In this document: positions 18,490 to 27,221 of the stretch, in pieces
Layout: every line of letters begins with the position of its first letter
Position numbering within the stretch: the stretch's first letter is position 1
Source: Bacillota bacterium
GTDB taxonomy: Bacteria > Bacillota > Proteinivoracia > UBA4975
Assembly: GCA_012727415.1 (NCBI GenBank)
Contig: JAAYHI010000160.1
Location: 1-33,259, forward strand
Length of the DNA stretch: 33,259 bases
Direction of reading: 5' to 3'
Notes under the pieces: model-generated
The model's database searches: none
What the model saw: the letters and a program-made list of their open reading frames with translations, nothing else
Told to the model about the DNA's origin: nothing
Program-made: the position numbers and the translations under genes

Positions 18490-20352
18490 TCAGTCTTGTA
18501 TAGTCTCACTTGATGCCTGAGCATCATGGTTAACTGCAGGCTTAAAGCTGGGAACCACCTGTCTAAGAACATTTACTACCTCAGAATTAGAAGCCTGTAA
18601 CAGAGTTGCCCGCAGCTTATCGATTTCCTGGCGGCAGGCTTGAAGGTCGTCGAGACAGCCGTTTTTCAAGACAAAAATCTTGTCGTGGCAAGTAGTTTGG
18701 ACGGATTCATCATCCAGGTGCAATTCTTCATATAGTTTTTCTCCCGGCCTAAGGCCGATAAACTGAATGGGAATATCGACGTCAGGCTTAAACCCCGAAA
18801 GTTTAATAAGGTCCCGGGCCAGATCCAGGATTTTCACCGGCTTGCCCATGTCGAGGACAAATATTTCCCCGCCCTTGGCCATGGCAGAAGCCTGCAGCAC
18901 TAACTGCACCGCCTCCTGTATTGTCATAAAGTAGCGGGTCACTTCGGGGTGAGTAACCTGCACCGGCCCACCAGCAGCTATCTGACGTTGAAAGATGGGG
19001 ATGACGCTGCCATTGCTGCCCAAAACATTGCCAAAACGCACTGCGACGTATTCAGTCTGGCTGTTCCTGTTGAGATGTTGCACCACCAGCTCCGCTGCCC
19101 GCTTACTGGCCCCCATGACATTGGTTGGGTTGACAGCCTTGTCGGTGGAAATCAGGACAAAACGCTGGACCTTATAGCGATTGGCCGCTTCCGCCACATT
19201 GATAGTGCCCAGGACATTGTTCTTTATTGCCTCACCGGGACTGTCTTCCATCAAAGGCACATGCTTGTGCGCAGCAGCGTGGAAAACGATGTGGGGGCGG
19301 TATATTGAAAACACCTGATCAATTCTCGCCTCATCCCGGACACTGCCGATGAGCACTTTCCTGGGGATATCCGGGAAATTTCTCTCCAACTCCAGCTGCA
19401 GTTCGTACATATTGTTTTCATATATATCCAACATGATGAGAAATTGGGGCCCATACTCTGAAATCTGCCTGCACAGTTCAGAGCCTATTGAACCTCCTGC
19501 CCCTGTAACCAACACGACTTTACCGGAAATATAAGCGCTGATGTTCTCGGTATCCAGGGTAACCGGGGGACGGCCCAGCAAATCCTCAATTTTTACATCC
19601 TGAATCTGTTTTATCGAAACCTGGCCATCGAGAATTTTGTAGACTCCCGGCAACCGCCGCAGCCGACAGCCAGTTTCTTTGCACTGGTTGATGATATCCA
19701 GGATGTTTTGTTCGCTGGCCGAGGGTATCGCAATGATAATCTCACCAATTAAGAACCTGTCGACAGTGTGCTGAAGCATGTCCATACCGCCGACAACGGG
19801 AATGGAATGAATCCTCGTCTTCCACTTGTTCCTGTCCTCATCAATAACCGCCACGGGAACCCGCCTGAGCTCAGGATGCTCCCGCAACTCCTTGATTACC
19901 ATCGACCCGGCAGAGCCGGCCCCGATGACGAGCACATTGGTATGCTTTCCCCGGGCACTCCGGGTAGGGCGCAGAGAATCAACAGCCCGGAGAACGAAGC
20001 GGGAGCCGCTGATAAAGGCGACGAGGATAAACCATTGCAGCACATAAATGCTGCGGGGAAGACTGTCGGGGATAAACTGAAAGACAATATACACTGCCAG
20101 GCAATAGGTGCTGACTCCAGCGATAACTGTCAAGAATTCATCGATGCTGGCATAGCGCCAGAGGTTAATATACATTTTATAAGCAGCAAAAATAAGTACG
20201 CCCAACACCGCCATGGGTATACTGTACTTCCATGCAATATCGATATAACGTTGCGGTACATCGCCTTCAAAGCGTAAAAATAAGGCCAGAGCTACCGCCA
20301 CAATAAGCATCACTATATCCAAGACAATCAGGCCCCATTGTCTGCGGATCAT
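18490..20352 (-). CDS. Membrane-anchored UDP-GlcNAc 4,6-dehydratase (CapD/PglF/WbpM family)
   Basis: Four N-terminal TMs, GAGSAG, EDLLGR, TGAGGSIGSE, HAAAHKHVP, STDKAVNPTNVMGASK, RFGNVLGS, GLRPGEKLYEEL. Start placed at ATG 20352 behind AAGGAGG. Confidence 0.94.
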   Translation of the reverse strand: MIRRQWGLIVLDIVMLIVAVALALFLRFEGDVPQRYIDIAWKYSIPMAVLGVLIFAAYKMYINLWRYASIDEFLTVIAGVSTYCLAVYIVFQFIPDSLPRSIYVLQWFILVAFISGSRFVLRAVDSLRPTRSARGKHTNVLVIGAGSAGSMVIKELREHPELRRVPVAVIDEDRNKWKTRIHSIPVVGGMDMLQHTVDRFLIGEIIIAIPSASEQNILDIINQCKETGCRLRRLPGVYKILDGQVSIKQIQDVKIEDLLGRPPVTLDTENISAYISGKVVLVTGAGGSIGSELCRQISEYGPQFLIMLDIYENNMYELQLELERNFPDIPRKVLIGSVRDEARIDQVFSIYRPHIVFHAAAHKHVPLMEDSPGEAIKNNVLGTINVAEAANRYKVQRFVLISTDKAVNPTNVMGASKRAAELVVQHLNRNSQTEYVAVRFGNVLGSNGSVIPIFQRQIAAGGPVQVTHPEVTRYFMTIQEAVQLVLQASAMAKGGEIFVLDMGKPVKILDLARDLIKLSGFKPDVDIPIQFIGLRPGEKLYEELHLDDESVQTTCHDKIFVLKNGCLDDLQACRQEIDKLRATLLQASNSEVVNVLRQVVPSFKPAVNHDAQASSETIQD

Positions 20353-20435
20353 TTCCATCCTCCTTAGCTGAAACAGCATGCCTACATACTTCTATAAAAA
20401 ACATAAATACCCTTCTTCATGTTGGGCTCCTGCCC

Positions 20436-21836
20436 CTACCCAATTAATCCCAACTCCCGGGCAAGGGTTTGCTGCAACGCGGATAAAGTTTCCCTGTCCC
20501 CGGCCTCGCCGTAAATGCGAAAAACGGGTTCAGTCCCTGAAGCCCTTACCAGCAGCCAACTGCCGTCCGCCAGCAGGTATTTCCAGCCGTCAATGGTGAC
20601 AATTTCGCGGACAGGAACCCCGCCGATAGCAGACGGTCTATACTGCTCCAGCAGGGCAATAACCCCGCCTTTTTTCGTTTCGGGGCAGCGGAAATCCAGA
20701 CGCTGGGTTTCGACATGCCCAAAATGAGCGTAGATGTCCTCCAAAACAAGGCTCAGGGGCTTGCCATAATGGGCTGTAACCTCAGCCATCAACAGGCAGG
20801 CCAGGATACCATCCTTTTCCGGGACATGGCCGCTAACAGACAGGCCGCCGGATTCCTCCCCGGCCAGAATCGCCCCTTGCAGACGCATTGCCTCACCCTG
20901 GTATTTAAAGCCCACTGGAGTTTCAATGACTGCCAGTCCATAGGCCCTGGCCATCCTGTCCAGAAGAGTAGTAGTGGCCACCGTCCGGGCAACTGGCCCC
21001 TTAAGACCCCGCACCTCCACCAAGTAGCGGAAGAGCACAGACAACACCTGGTTGGGAGTGATATACCTGCCGAGGCCATCCACTATCCCGAAGCGGTCGG
21101 CGTCACCATCGAGGGCAAGGCCCAGGTCCCTTCCTTCTGCGCGCACCCGGTCTGCCAGATCGGTCAATAAATCTTCCCTGGGTTCAGGCATGCTGCCGCC
21201 AAAAAGGGGATCCCGCCAATTGCGCAAGGCCAATACATCCAGGCCTAGATCAGATAATAGCCCTTCTAAGTATCCTATTCCTGCCCCATGCATAGGATCA
21301 ATGGCCAACCGCATTTTTCCCCTGCGTAATTTCTCCAGGTCCACCTGGCCGGCAATGAACTGGAGATAGCTGTCCCGAAGGTCGATCTCATGCAAAGCAC
21401 CTTTAGCTCCGCCATCGCGCCTAAGTCCCTGCTTGATTAAGGCAGTCAATCTGTCGGTAACATCGGGCATGGCGGGCCCTGCATACTCCGGGATAAACTT
21501 AAAGCCCAAGTATTCGGGCGGGTTGTGACTGGCAGTCAGCATCACTGCTCCACCCGCCTGTTTGTGAATCACTCCGAAGGCAATGACAGGAGTTGGAGCA
21601 GCTCCTTTATTGAGGAAGACATCAATGCCCTGGCACTGCATTTCTTCCGCCACAACGCCCGCGAACCGCTCCGCCAGGAACCTGGTGTCATAGCCAATGA
21701 CAATTCCCCGCTCCGCCAGGGACATTTCATGCAGATAGGCAGCAACAGCTGAACTGACCCGGCGCACATTAGCGAAGGTAAAATCTTCTGCCATTATTCC
21801 CCTCCAGCCGTCAGTGCCAAACCGTATTTCGTCCAT
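20436..21836 (-). CDS. Phosphoglucomutase/phosphomannomutase
   Basis: FGTDGWRG, TASHNP (phosphoserine), DGDADR (metal), GEESGG, RASGTEP; GGGAGG RBS. Confidence 0.95.
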   Translation of the reverse strand: MDEIRFGTDGWRGIMAEDFTFANVRRVSSAVAAYLHEMSLAERGIVIGYDTRFLAERFAGVVAEEMQCQGIDVFLNKGAAPTPVIAFGVIHKQAGGAVMLTASHNPPEYLGFKFIPEYAGPAMPDVTDRLTALIKQGLRRDGGAKGALHEIDLRDSYLQFIAGQVDLEKLRRGKMRLAIDPMHGAGIGYLEGLLSDLGLDVLALRNWRDPLFGGSMPEPREDLLTDLADRVRAEGRDLGLALDGDADRFGIVDGLGRYITPNQVLSVLFRYLVEVRGLKGPVARTVATTTLLDRMARAYGLAVIETPVGFKYQGEAMRLQGAILAGEESGGLSVSGHVPEKDGILACLLMAEVTAHYGKPLSLVLEDIYAHFGHVETQRLDFRCPETKKGGVIALLEQYRPSAIGGVPVREIVTIDGWKYLLADGSWLLVRASGTEPVFRIYGEAGDRETLSALQQTLARELGLIG

Positions 21837-21859
21837 ATCGCCGCCTCCCTAACTTTGTT

Positions 21860-21868
21860 ATTATACCA
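21860..21868 (-). promoter_or_regulatory. Extended -10 element upstream of pgm
   Basis: Minus strand TGGTATAAT between the CWB2-gene terminator and the pgm RBS; no canonical -35 at 17 bp. Confidence 0.5.
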
Positions 21869-21881
21869 TATTATCGGTAGC

Positions 21882-21904
21882 AAAAAGAGAGCCTGAGCTC
21901 TCTA
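21882..21904 (-). terminator. Intrinsic terminator of the CWB2-GH18 gene
   Basis: Minus strand TAGAGAGC-TCAG-GCTCTCTTTTT overlapping the TAG stop. Confidence 0.7.
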
Positions 21905-24289
21905 TTCTTCTAGTATAGAATTCCACAACTGCCGTTCTCCATCCATCCAATTTATGCTCCAGGCAGCCATTCCCGCCAGCCCTTTTTCCAGCGTCAGCGC
22001 CAACCTCTTTTGCAAGGACATCACATCTTCCAGCCAGATTGTGCACTGCATGCCTTCGTCATTGATGTACGTAAGGATATTTTGCTCGCTGGCAGAGTTA
22101 TAGACAATGCTGACCTCCGTCATGTGATTTACTGCTCCACCCAGGGTTGTCCAAAAACTTGTCTTGGTTTCCTGGTCGAAATTATCCACCATCGCCTTGA
22201 TAATCCGGTAGCTGTAATGACTGCTTCGCGTCGACTGTGCCAGCACCGTACCTGCAGGGATTATTTCAGAGTAGTAAGCGGAAATATAGCCTGTCCCTTC
22301 CGCGCCCAGGTCGACCTTGTGCCAATTGGGGTTGCCATTGATGTTTTCACCTGTAACAGTCTCCACATAGGCGAGGAGAACGCTGCCATCCACCCGCCGG
22401 ATGACCGTTGCCGACCCTCCGGCGGTGGTGGGTTCAGTCCTGACAGCCACTGCGCTGCCAGTGGCGCGGACATAATCCCGGTCTGCAGCTACCCTTTCCT
22501 GAATCCACACCCGGTTATAAAAGGGCACTCCCAGAATAGTTTTCCTGGCAGGCACTTCTTCCAGCAGCCGATTCACGGCATCCCTGGTCCATGGGTGAGA
22601 TGCCACCGGACCGGGGACTGAGCTCCCTGCCGGGTATTGGTCATAGGCCATGAGAATAACGTAATCGCATATGCGGCCCAGGGCCTCCCTGTCGTAGCAC
22701 ACGCTCCAGCTGCTGCCAGCAGCATGTTTAGTCACATCTACAGATAATGCCAGCCCGTGTTTTGCAGTTTCTACTGCCAGCTTGTCCATAAAAGCCGTAA
22801 AAGAATCCCGATTCTCCAGACCCAGATTCTCAAAATCAATGTTAATCCCATCCACATCCAGGCGCAGGGCCTCAGCGATAAGGTCCTGGATAAGGGCATT
22901 GGACATATTAGAGTCCTTGCCGAATTGCTGCACCGTCATCCACACCAAGTAGCCGTTGCTGCGGGCAGTGGGAATGGAGCTGTTAATTCCGGTATGTACT
23001 CCCAAAGTATATGTCCCTTTACTGCCGGGAGTAACGGAGTGGCTGACAGGAGCATATACATTGTAGCCGCTGGCATTAGGAGGTTCGGGCACGAAATCCG
23101 AAGCCGAAGTAAAATTCCATGTCATGCGAATAAAATCCTGTTCACGTTCAGTCCTTGTCACGTCTGCCCTGGGCACCCAGCCCGTCTTACTGCCGTATTT
23201 AATCTTAAAATGGGACTCTGTTGCGTCCAGCACAGAGGTAACATGACCCTGGTACGGAAAGCGGACAGGGGCACCCCCCGGAGTCAGGGCCAAGGCCGAT
23301 GGGCGTATAAATTCTACCTTTTCGCCGACGTCATTTAAAATATTGTACAGCCTGACCTCAACTTGCCTGCTGACAGCACCTTCGCCCCCAAGAATAATCA
23401 GTTCCGGTTCCTTTTCCTTCAGGTAATCATAAATGCACCCCGGAACAACAGTGGTAACCAACAGCAAACCGCGGTCCTCTCGGGCTGCCAGAGCTGCTCC
23501 CGTCAGGGCATCGGCATATCCCAAACCCGTGGCGACATACATATGCGCCGCCGCTGGCTGGAAATACTCTGCCAGGGCCAAAGAAGTCGCCGCCCTGTTT
23601 GGCCCGAAAATCCGCACAGCCTCGCCGGGCAAGCTTTCCAATACTGTTTGTCCTACTACAGCTTCACCGCCGACGACAACGCACTCCTTCTCCTCCAATG
23701 CTTCCCCGGTGACCGGAGGCAAACTGTCAACACGAGTCAGCAATATCGGGTAGCCATTTCTGGCTGCATATGACGCCGCCGCCAGGGCATCGGGAAAGTC
23801 CAGGCCATTGGCTAACACTGCCTTTTCGGCGCCGGACAGAAGGGTATGTGCAGCTATTTGGGCCGCAGTCTCAAAACGGTTTGCCCCGGCAATGCGTTCA
23901 ACCTCAATCCCTATAGCAGCCAGCTCATCAGCAACATCAGCGCCAATAGCGCCTTCTCCGCCTAAAACCACTGCCTTCCTGGCTCCTAGCCGCACAATTT
24001 CTTCCCGGGTTGAATTGCTGAGCCTGTGAGAATTGGTCAACAGCACTGGAGCGTCATAGGCAAAAGCCAGGGGCACACCCGCCAGGGCATCGGCATAGTC
24101 ATCGCCCCGGGCAAGCACTACAACCTCAGAGCTATTCCAACCCTGCTGGCTAACTGCAACTGCAGTAGCATAGCGGTTGGCACCTGAGATACGCGGCAGT
24201 CCTCCGTATGTCAGCTTAGATGCCGATACAGGGGTAATCAACCCGATGAACAACAAAGATATTGAAAAGATTAACAATGCCTTCTTCAT
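21902..24289 (-). CDS. Secreted cell-wall protein: three CWB2 repeats, SH3-like domains and a GH18 hydrolase
   Basis: Signal peptide ending VSA; three CWB2 repeats (RISGANRYATA...ADALA...PVLLT; RIAGANRFETA...PDALA...PILLT; RIFGPNRAATS...ADALT); GH18 motifs DGINIDFE, LMAYDQ, LGVPFY, IWLED and AAWS. Confidence 0.9.
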   Translation of the reverse strand: MKKALLIFSISLLFIGLITPVSASKLTYGGLPRISGANRYATAVAVSQQGWNSSEVVVLARGDDYADALAGVPLAFAYDAPVLLTNSHRLSNSTREEIVRLGARKAVVLGGEGAIGADVADELAAIGIEVERIAGANRFETAAQIAAHTLLSGAEKAVLANGLDFPDALAAASYAARNGYPILLTRVDSLPPVTGEALEEKECVVVGGEAVVGQTVLESLPGEAVRIFGPNRAATSLALAEYFQPAAAHMYVATGLGYADALTGAALAAREDRGLLLVTTVVPGCIYDYLKEKEPELIILGGEGAVSRQVEVRLYNILNDVGEKVEFIRPSALALTPGGAPVRFPYQGHVTSVLDATESHFKIKYGSKTGWVPRADVTRTEREQDFIRMTWNFTSASDFVPEPPNASGYNVYAPVSHSVTPGSKGTYTLGVHTGINSSIPTARSNGYLVWMTVQQFGKDSNMSNALIQDLIAEALRLDVDGINIDFENLGLENRDSFTAFMDKLAVETAKHGLALSVDVTKHAAGSSWSVCYDREALGRICDYVILMAYDQYPAGSSVPGPVASHPWTRDAVNRLLEEVPARKTILGVPFYNRVWIQERVAADRDYVRATGSAVAVRTEPTTAGGSATVIRRVDGSVLLAYVETVTGENINGNPNWHKVDLGAEGTGYISAYYSEIIPAGTVLAQSTRSSHYSYRIIKAMVDNFDQETKTSFWTTLGGAVNHMTEVSIVYNSASEQNILTYINDEGMQCTIWLEDVMSLQKRLALTLEKGLAGMAAWSINWMDGERQLWNSILEE

Positions 24290-24457
24290 TGTTCCACCTC
24301 CTTCTTTGATAAACTATTTCGTTGAGTATATTAAAAGCTCCTGCCAACAAACTGGAATTATGATCGGTAATTTTTGGAACGTACTGCCCCAGGTAAAAAA
24401 ATTATTTTCCTTTTTTGTGCAGGAATATTGTATACTTAGATTAAGGAGGGGATGACA

Positions 24458-26146
24458 ATGAAAGTGGTATGCACAAGGAATGCTGCCCCCTACATATATT
24501 GCGAAGAAAACCTGAGAGATCTGTCTCATTGCGATGACGGCACCCTTGGAGTCGTAGTATATGGCTATCCGTATAATCTTGCAACCAAAAAATGGGTAAA
24601 AGCTCAGGATTTCATGTCCTTATATCGCGAGCATGGGAAACAGGCAATTGACCCAATTGACGGGGTATTCAGCATTATTTGCCTGGACAGGCTTAAGAAA
24701 CGCACCTATGTGTTTAGCGACCCTTACAAAATATATACCTATTATATTAAAGAGTCTAAAGACAGCGTCATCATCAGCACTACTCTGGAAGATATTAACA
24801 GAGAACTCAATGATTATACCCTGGACGAGCAAGGAATCCTGGAATTCCTGAACTTCGGTTTTGTCCTTGGCATCAAAACTATCTACAAGGGCATTGAGAC
24901 AGTTCCCGGAGGTACCATCTATTGTATCGACGATAAACTCAACATAAAAAAGGAGTACTATGTAAATTACCTTAAATCTGATAAGGGATCTGCAACAAAG
25001 CACGATTTTTATGATGAGTTTACAAACGTTCTGGCCACGGCTTCCTCCCTTTCCCAATCTATATCTTTACCGCTCACTGGAGGCCTGGATAGTCGCACCA
25101 CTTTATCCGGATGCTTAAAGTTCAAAGAAAAGATTCATTGCTATACCCACGGGTTCAAGAATTCTGATGATGTTAAAATTGCCAGCAAGATAAGCAAACT
25201 CGTGGGTGTAAATCACAGTGCATATACCTATCTCGGAGAAGATTTTGTTATGAGTATTCCAGATAAGGCCCACATGCTCGCGAAAGCGTACCAAGGCATG
25301 CTTAATTCCGTGCTCTTCTCCCATCTTTGTTATTCTTATGAACAAGAATCAAAGCTCTGCGACACTCATTTTACCGGGGTGGCAGGAGGGCTGTACCGAA
25401 ATTACTATTCATCCGGTCATACAATCACAAGTATTAATAACCTGGCTCAATTACTTAAGAGGAAAATCACTAAAACTAACGAGTTAAATTTCTTAAATAC
25501 TGAAGGCCTCCACCAGGTGCTGCTGGATTCAATTCTGACTGAGCTGCAGAGCTATAACTCTGACGATGTTGCTTATCTCAGTAATATGTTCTTGTTAAAG
25601 AACAGAACTCCCAATTTCGCAGGCCCCTCTGCAAGATTTATCGGAAAGAATTTTAACGTCTTCTTCCCATACCTGTCGAAAAAACTTCTGGCTATTATAC
25701 TGGATATCCGTGAAAAAGACCTGCGCGAAGGGTTGCAAAATTATACCATTATGCAAAACAGCCAGCAGCTAGCCAATTACCCCTTAGACCGGGGCAGGGT
25801 AATACGCAATACTTTCCGCAACAAAGCAAGGACCAAGCTATATTACCTGCCCACCTTTTGTAAGAAAGCCACAAACAAATTGCTCGGGAGGAAGGTATTT
25901 TCTTTCAGATATATCGACTATTGTTACTGGCTGAAAACCGACCTCAAAGATTTCGTCCTTGAGATTCTGGATTATGACACCTTGGCGATAAAATCTTTCT
26001 TCTCAGAAGACGATTTCCGCACCAAATTACATAGATTCCTGCATGGCACCAAGGATTACAGCTACTTCTATACTAATATGATGACGCTGCAGCTTTACCT
26101 GCAAAATGTCGCCTCAATAACTGGTTCTAAAGCCGCCAATGATTAA
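24458..26146 (+). CDS. Asparagine synthetase-like amide ligase lacking the N-terminal Cys nucleophile
   Basis: Degenerate Ntn-like N-terminal region (IDGVFS...SDPY, KTIYKGIETVPGG), PP-loop LPLTGGLDSR, YTHG, FTG, FPYL. AAGGAGG spacing favours ATG 24458 over 24452. Confidence 0.78.
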   Translation: MKVVCTRNAAPYIYCEENLRDLSHCDDGTLGVVVYGYPYNLATKKWVKAQDFMSLYREHGKQAIDPIDGVFSIICLDRLKKRTYVFSDPYKIYTYYIKESKDSVIISTTLEDINRELNDYTLDEQGILEFLNFGFVLGIKTIYKGIETVPGGTIYCIDDKLNIKKEYYVNYLKSDKGSATKHDFYDEFTNVLATASSLSQSISLPLTGGLDSRTTLSGCLKFKEKIHCYTHGFKNSDDVKIASKISKLVGVNHSAYTYLGEDFVMSIPDKAHMLAKAYQGMLNSVLFSHLCYSYEQESKLCDTHFTGVAGGLYRNYYSSGHTITSINNLAQLLKRKITKTNELNFLNTEGLHQVLLDSILTELQSYNSDDVAYLSNMFLLKNRTPNFAGPSARFIGKNFNVFFPYLSKKLLAIILDIREKDLREGLQNYTIMQNSQQLANYPLDRGRVIRNTFRNKARTKLYYLPTFCKKATNKLLGRKVFSFRYIDYCYWLKTDLKDFVLEILDYDTLAIKSFFSEDDFRTKLHRFLHGTKDYSYFYTNMMTLQLYLQNVASITGSKAAND

Positions 26147-26178
26147 TCCCTTCCCTGGCAACCTGCTTAATCAACTTC

Positions 26179-26219
26179 AAAAATCGCCCGTGAATCGCAA
26201 CGCGTCACTGGCGATTTTT
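26179..26219. terminator. Bidirectional intrinsic terminator between the convergent asnB-like and RluA-family genes
   Basis: AAAAATCGCCcGTGA...TCACtGGCGATTTTT inverted repeat with T-tracts on both strands. Confidence 0.75.
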
Positions 26220-27126
26220 AATTGTCCCGATCAGGCAACAGACCTGTCCCCTCAACTCTCCCGCAAACTGCGGCAGCCATATCCCCAGGCAGGTCAGATG
26301 TAAAACAAAGCCTGTCACCTGTGGAAGGGTGGACAAATTGCAGGCTATACGCATGCAAGGCGGTCCTGCCCACTATACCTTCCTCAACCCCATACATATA
26401 ATCATCCACCAGGGGACAGCCGATAGAAGCCATGTGAATCCGCAGCTGATGGGTACGGCCGGTAACAGGCTGCAGCCTCACCAAAGCGAAACTTTCCCCT
26501 GCCGCTTCGGTCCAGTACCTGGTGAGGGCAGGCTTGCCTGCAGGATTTACCCCCCGCAGGCCAGTGTTATCCAGGGATCTGCCAATGGGAAGAGCTATCT
26601 CGCCAATCAGAGGGTGGGGTATTCCCCGGGTAATAGCGTAGTATATCTTGTTTATTCCACCTTGGCTCAGCTGGTAGTGGCTCCAGGCAGATTTCGCCGC
26701 CAGGACCAAGCCAGAGGTATCCTTGTCCAGGCGGGTTACCAGGCGGGCAGGCAGTCTCTCCCCCCGCTGCTGCCAGTGCCAGGACAGGGCATTGGCCAAG
26801 GTTCCCCCCTTATACCCCTTAGTGGGGTGACTGACCATCCCCGCTGGCTTGTTGACGACAACCAGCACCTCGTCCTCATAAATGATGTCCAGGGGAATGG
26901 GCTCCGGGGGCAGGGGCTCCAGATGTTCCTCCAGCTTAACCTGGACGCGATCTCCAGCCTGCAGGCGGCTGATCAACAAGGCGGGCATTCCATTGACCAG
27001 CACCGCCCACGGATTCTGTTTCAGGCGGACCAGTTGCCGGCGGGAGAGGCCATATCCCTGACGCAGGACCTGCCTCAGCCTGGCCCCTGCCTGCTCGGCC
27101 GCCACCGTCCAATTGATATATTTCAT
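26218..27126 (-). CDS. RluA/RluD-family RNA pseudouridine synthase with S4-like N-terminus
   Basis: IIYED, VNKPAG, TRLDKDTSG (catalytic Asp), TGRTHQLRIHMASIGCP, LHAYSL. Confidence 0.94.
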   Translation of the reverse strand: MKYINWTVAAEQAGARLRQVLRQGYGLSRRQLVRLKQNPWAVLVNGMPALLISRLQAGDRVQVKLEEHLEPLPPEPIPLDIIYEDEVLVVVNKPAGMVSHPTKGYKGGTLANALSWHWQQRGERLPARLVTRLDKDTSGLVLAAKSAWSHYQLSQGGINKIYYAITRGIPHPLIGEIALPIGRSLDNTGLRGVNPAGKPALTRYWTEAAGESFALVRLQPVTGRTHQLRIHMASIGCPLVDDYMYGVEEGIVGRTALHAYSLQFVHPSTGDRLCFTSDLPGDMAAAVCGRVEGTGLLPDRDN

Positions 27127-27181
27127 TGCCTGCCCCTCCTTTCCCTGGGCCTATTGTAACATTTTCAACCACCATGCAATC

Positions 27182-27218
27182 AAAAAAAGAGAGCCGGTTT
27201 ACCTGCTCTCTGTCTTTT
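27182..27218 (-). terminator. Intrinsic terminator after the hypothetical gene
   Basis: Minus strand AGAGAGC-AGGTAAACCG-GCTCTC followed by T7, directly after the TAG at 27222. Confidence 0.75.
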
Positions 27219-27221
27219 CTC

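Noticed and set aside
26329-27159. 276-aa plus-strand ORF and other long antisense ORFs (e.g. 22010..22621, 22757..23338, 29162..29719)
   Set aside because: Antisense shadows of well-supported genes, with no recognisable motifs.
21882-27218. Shared AAAAAGAGAGC...GCTCTC at 21882 and 27184 as possible island boundary repeats
   Set aside because: Both are explained as ordinary terminators with different loops, the interval includes a housekeeping gene, and no integrase or transposase is present.
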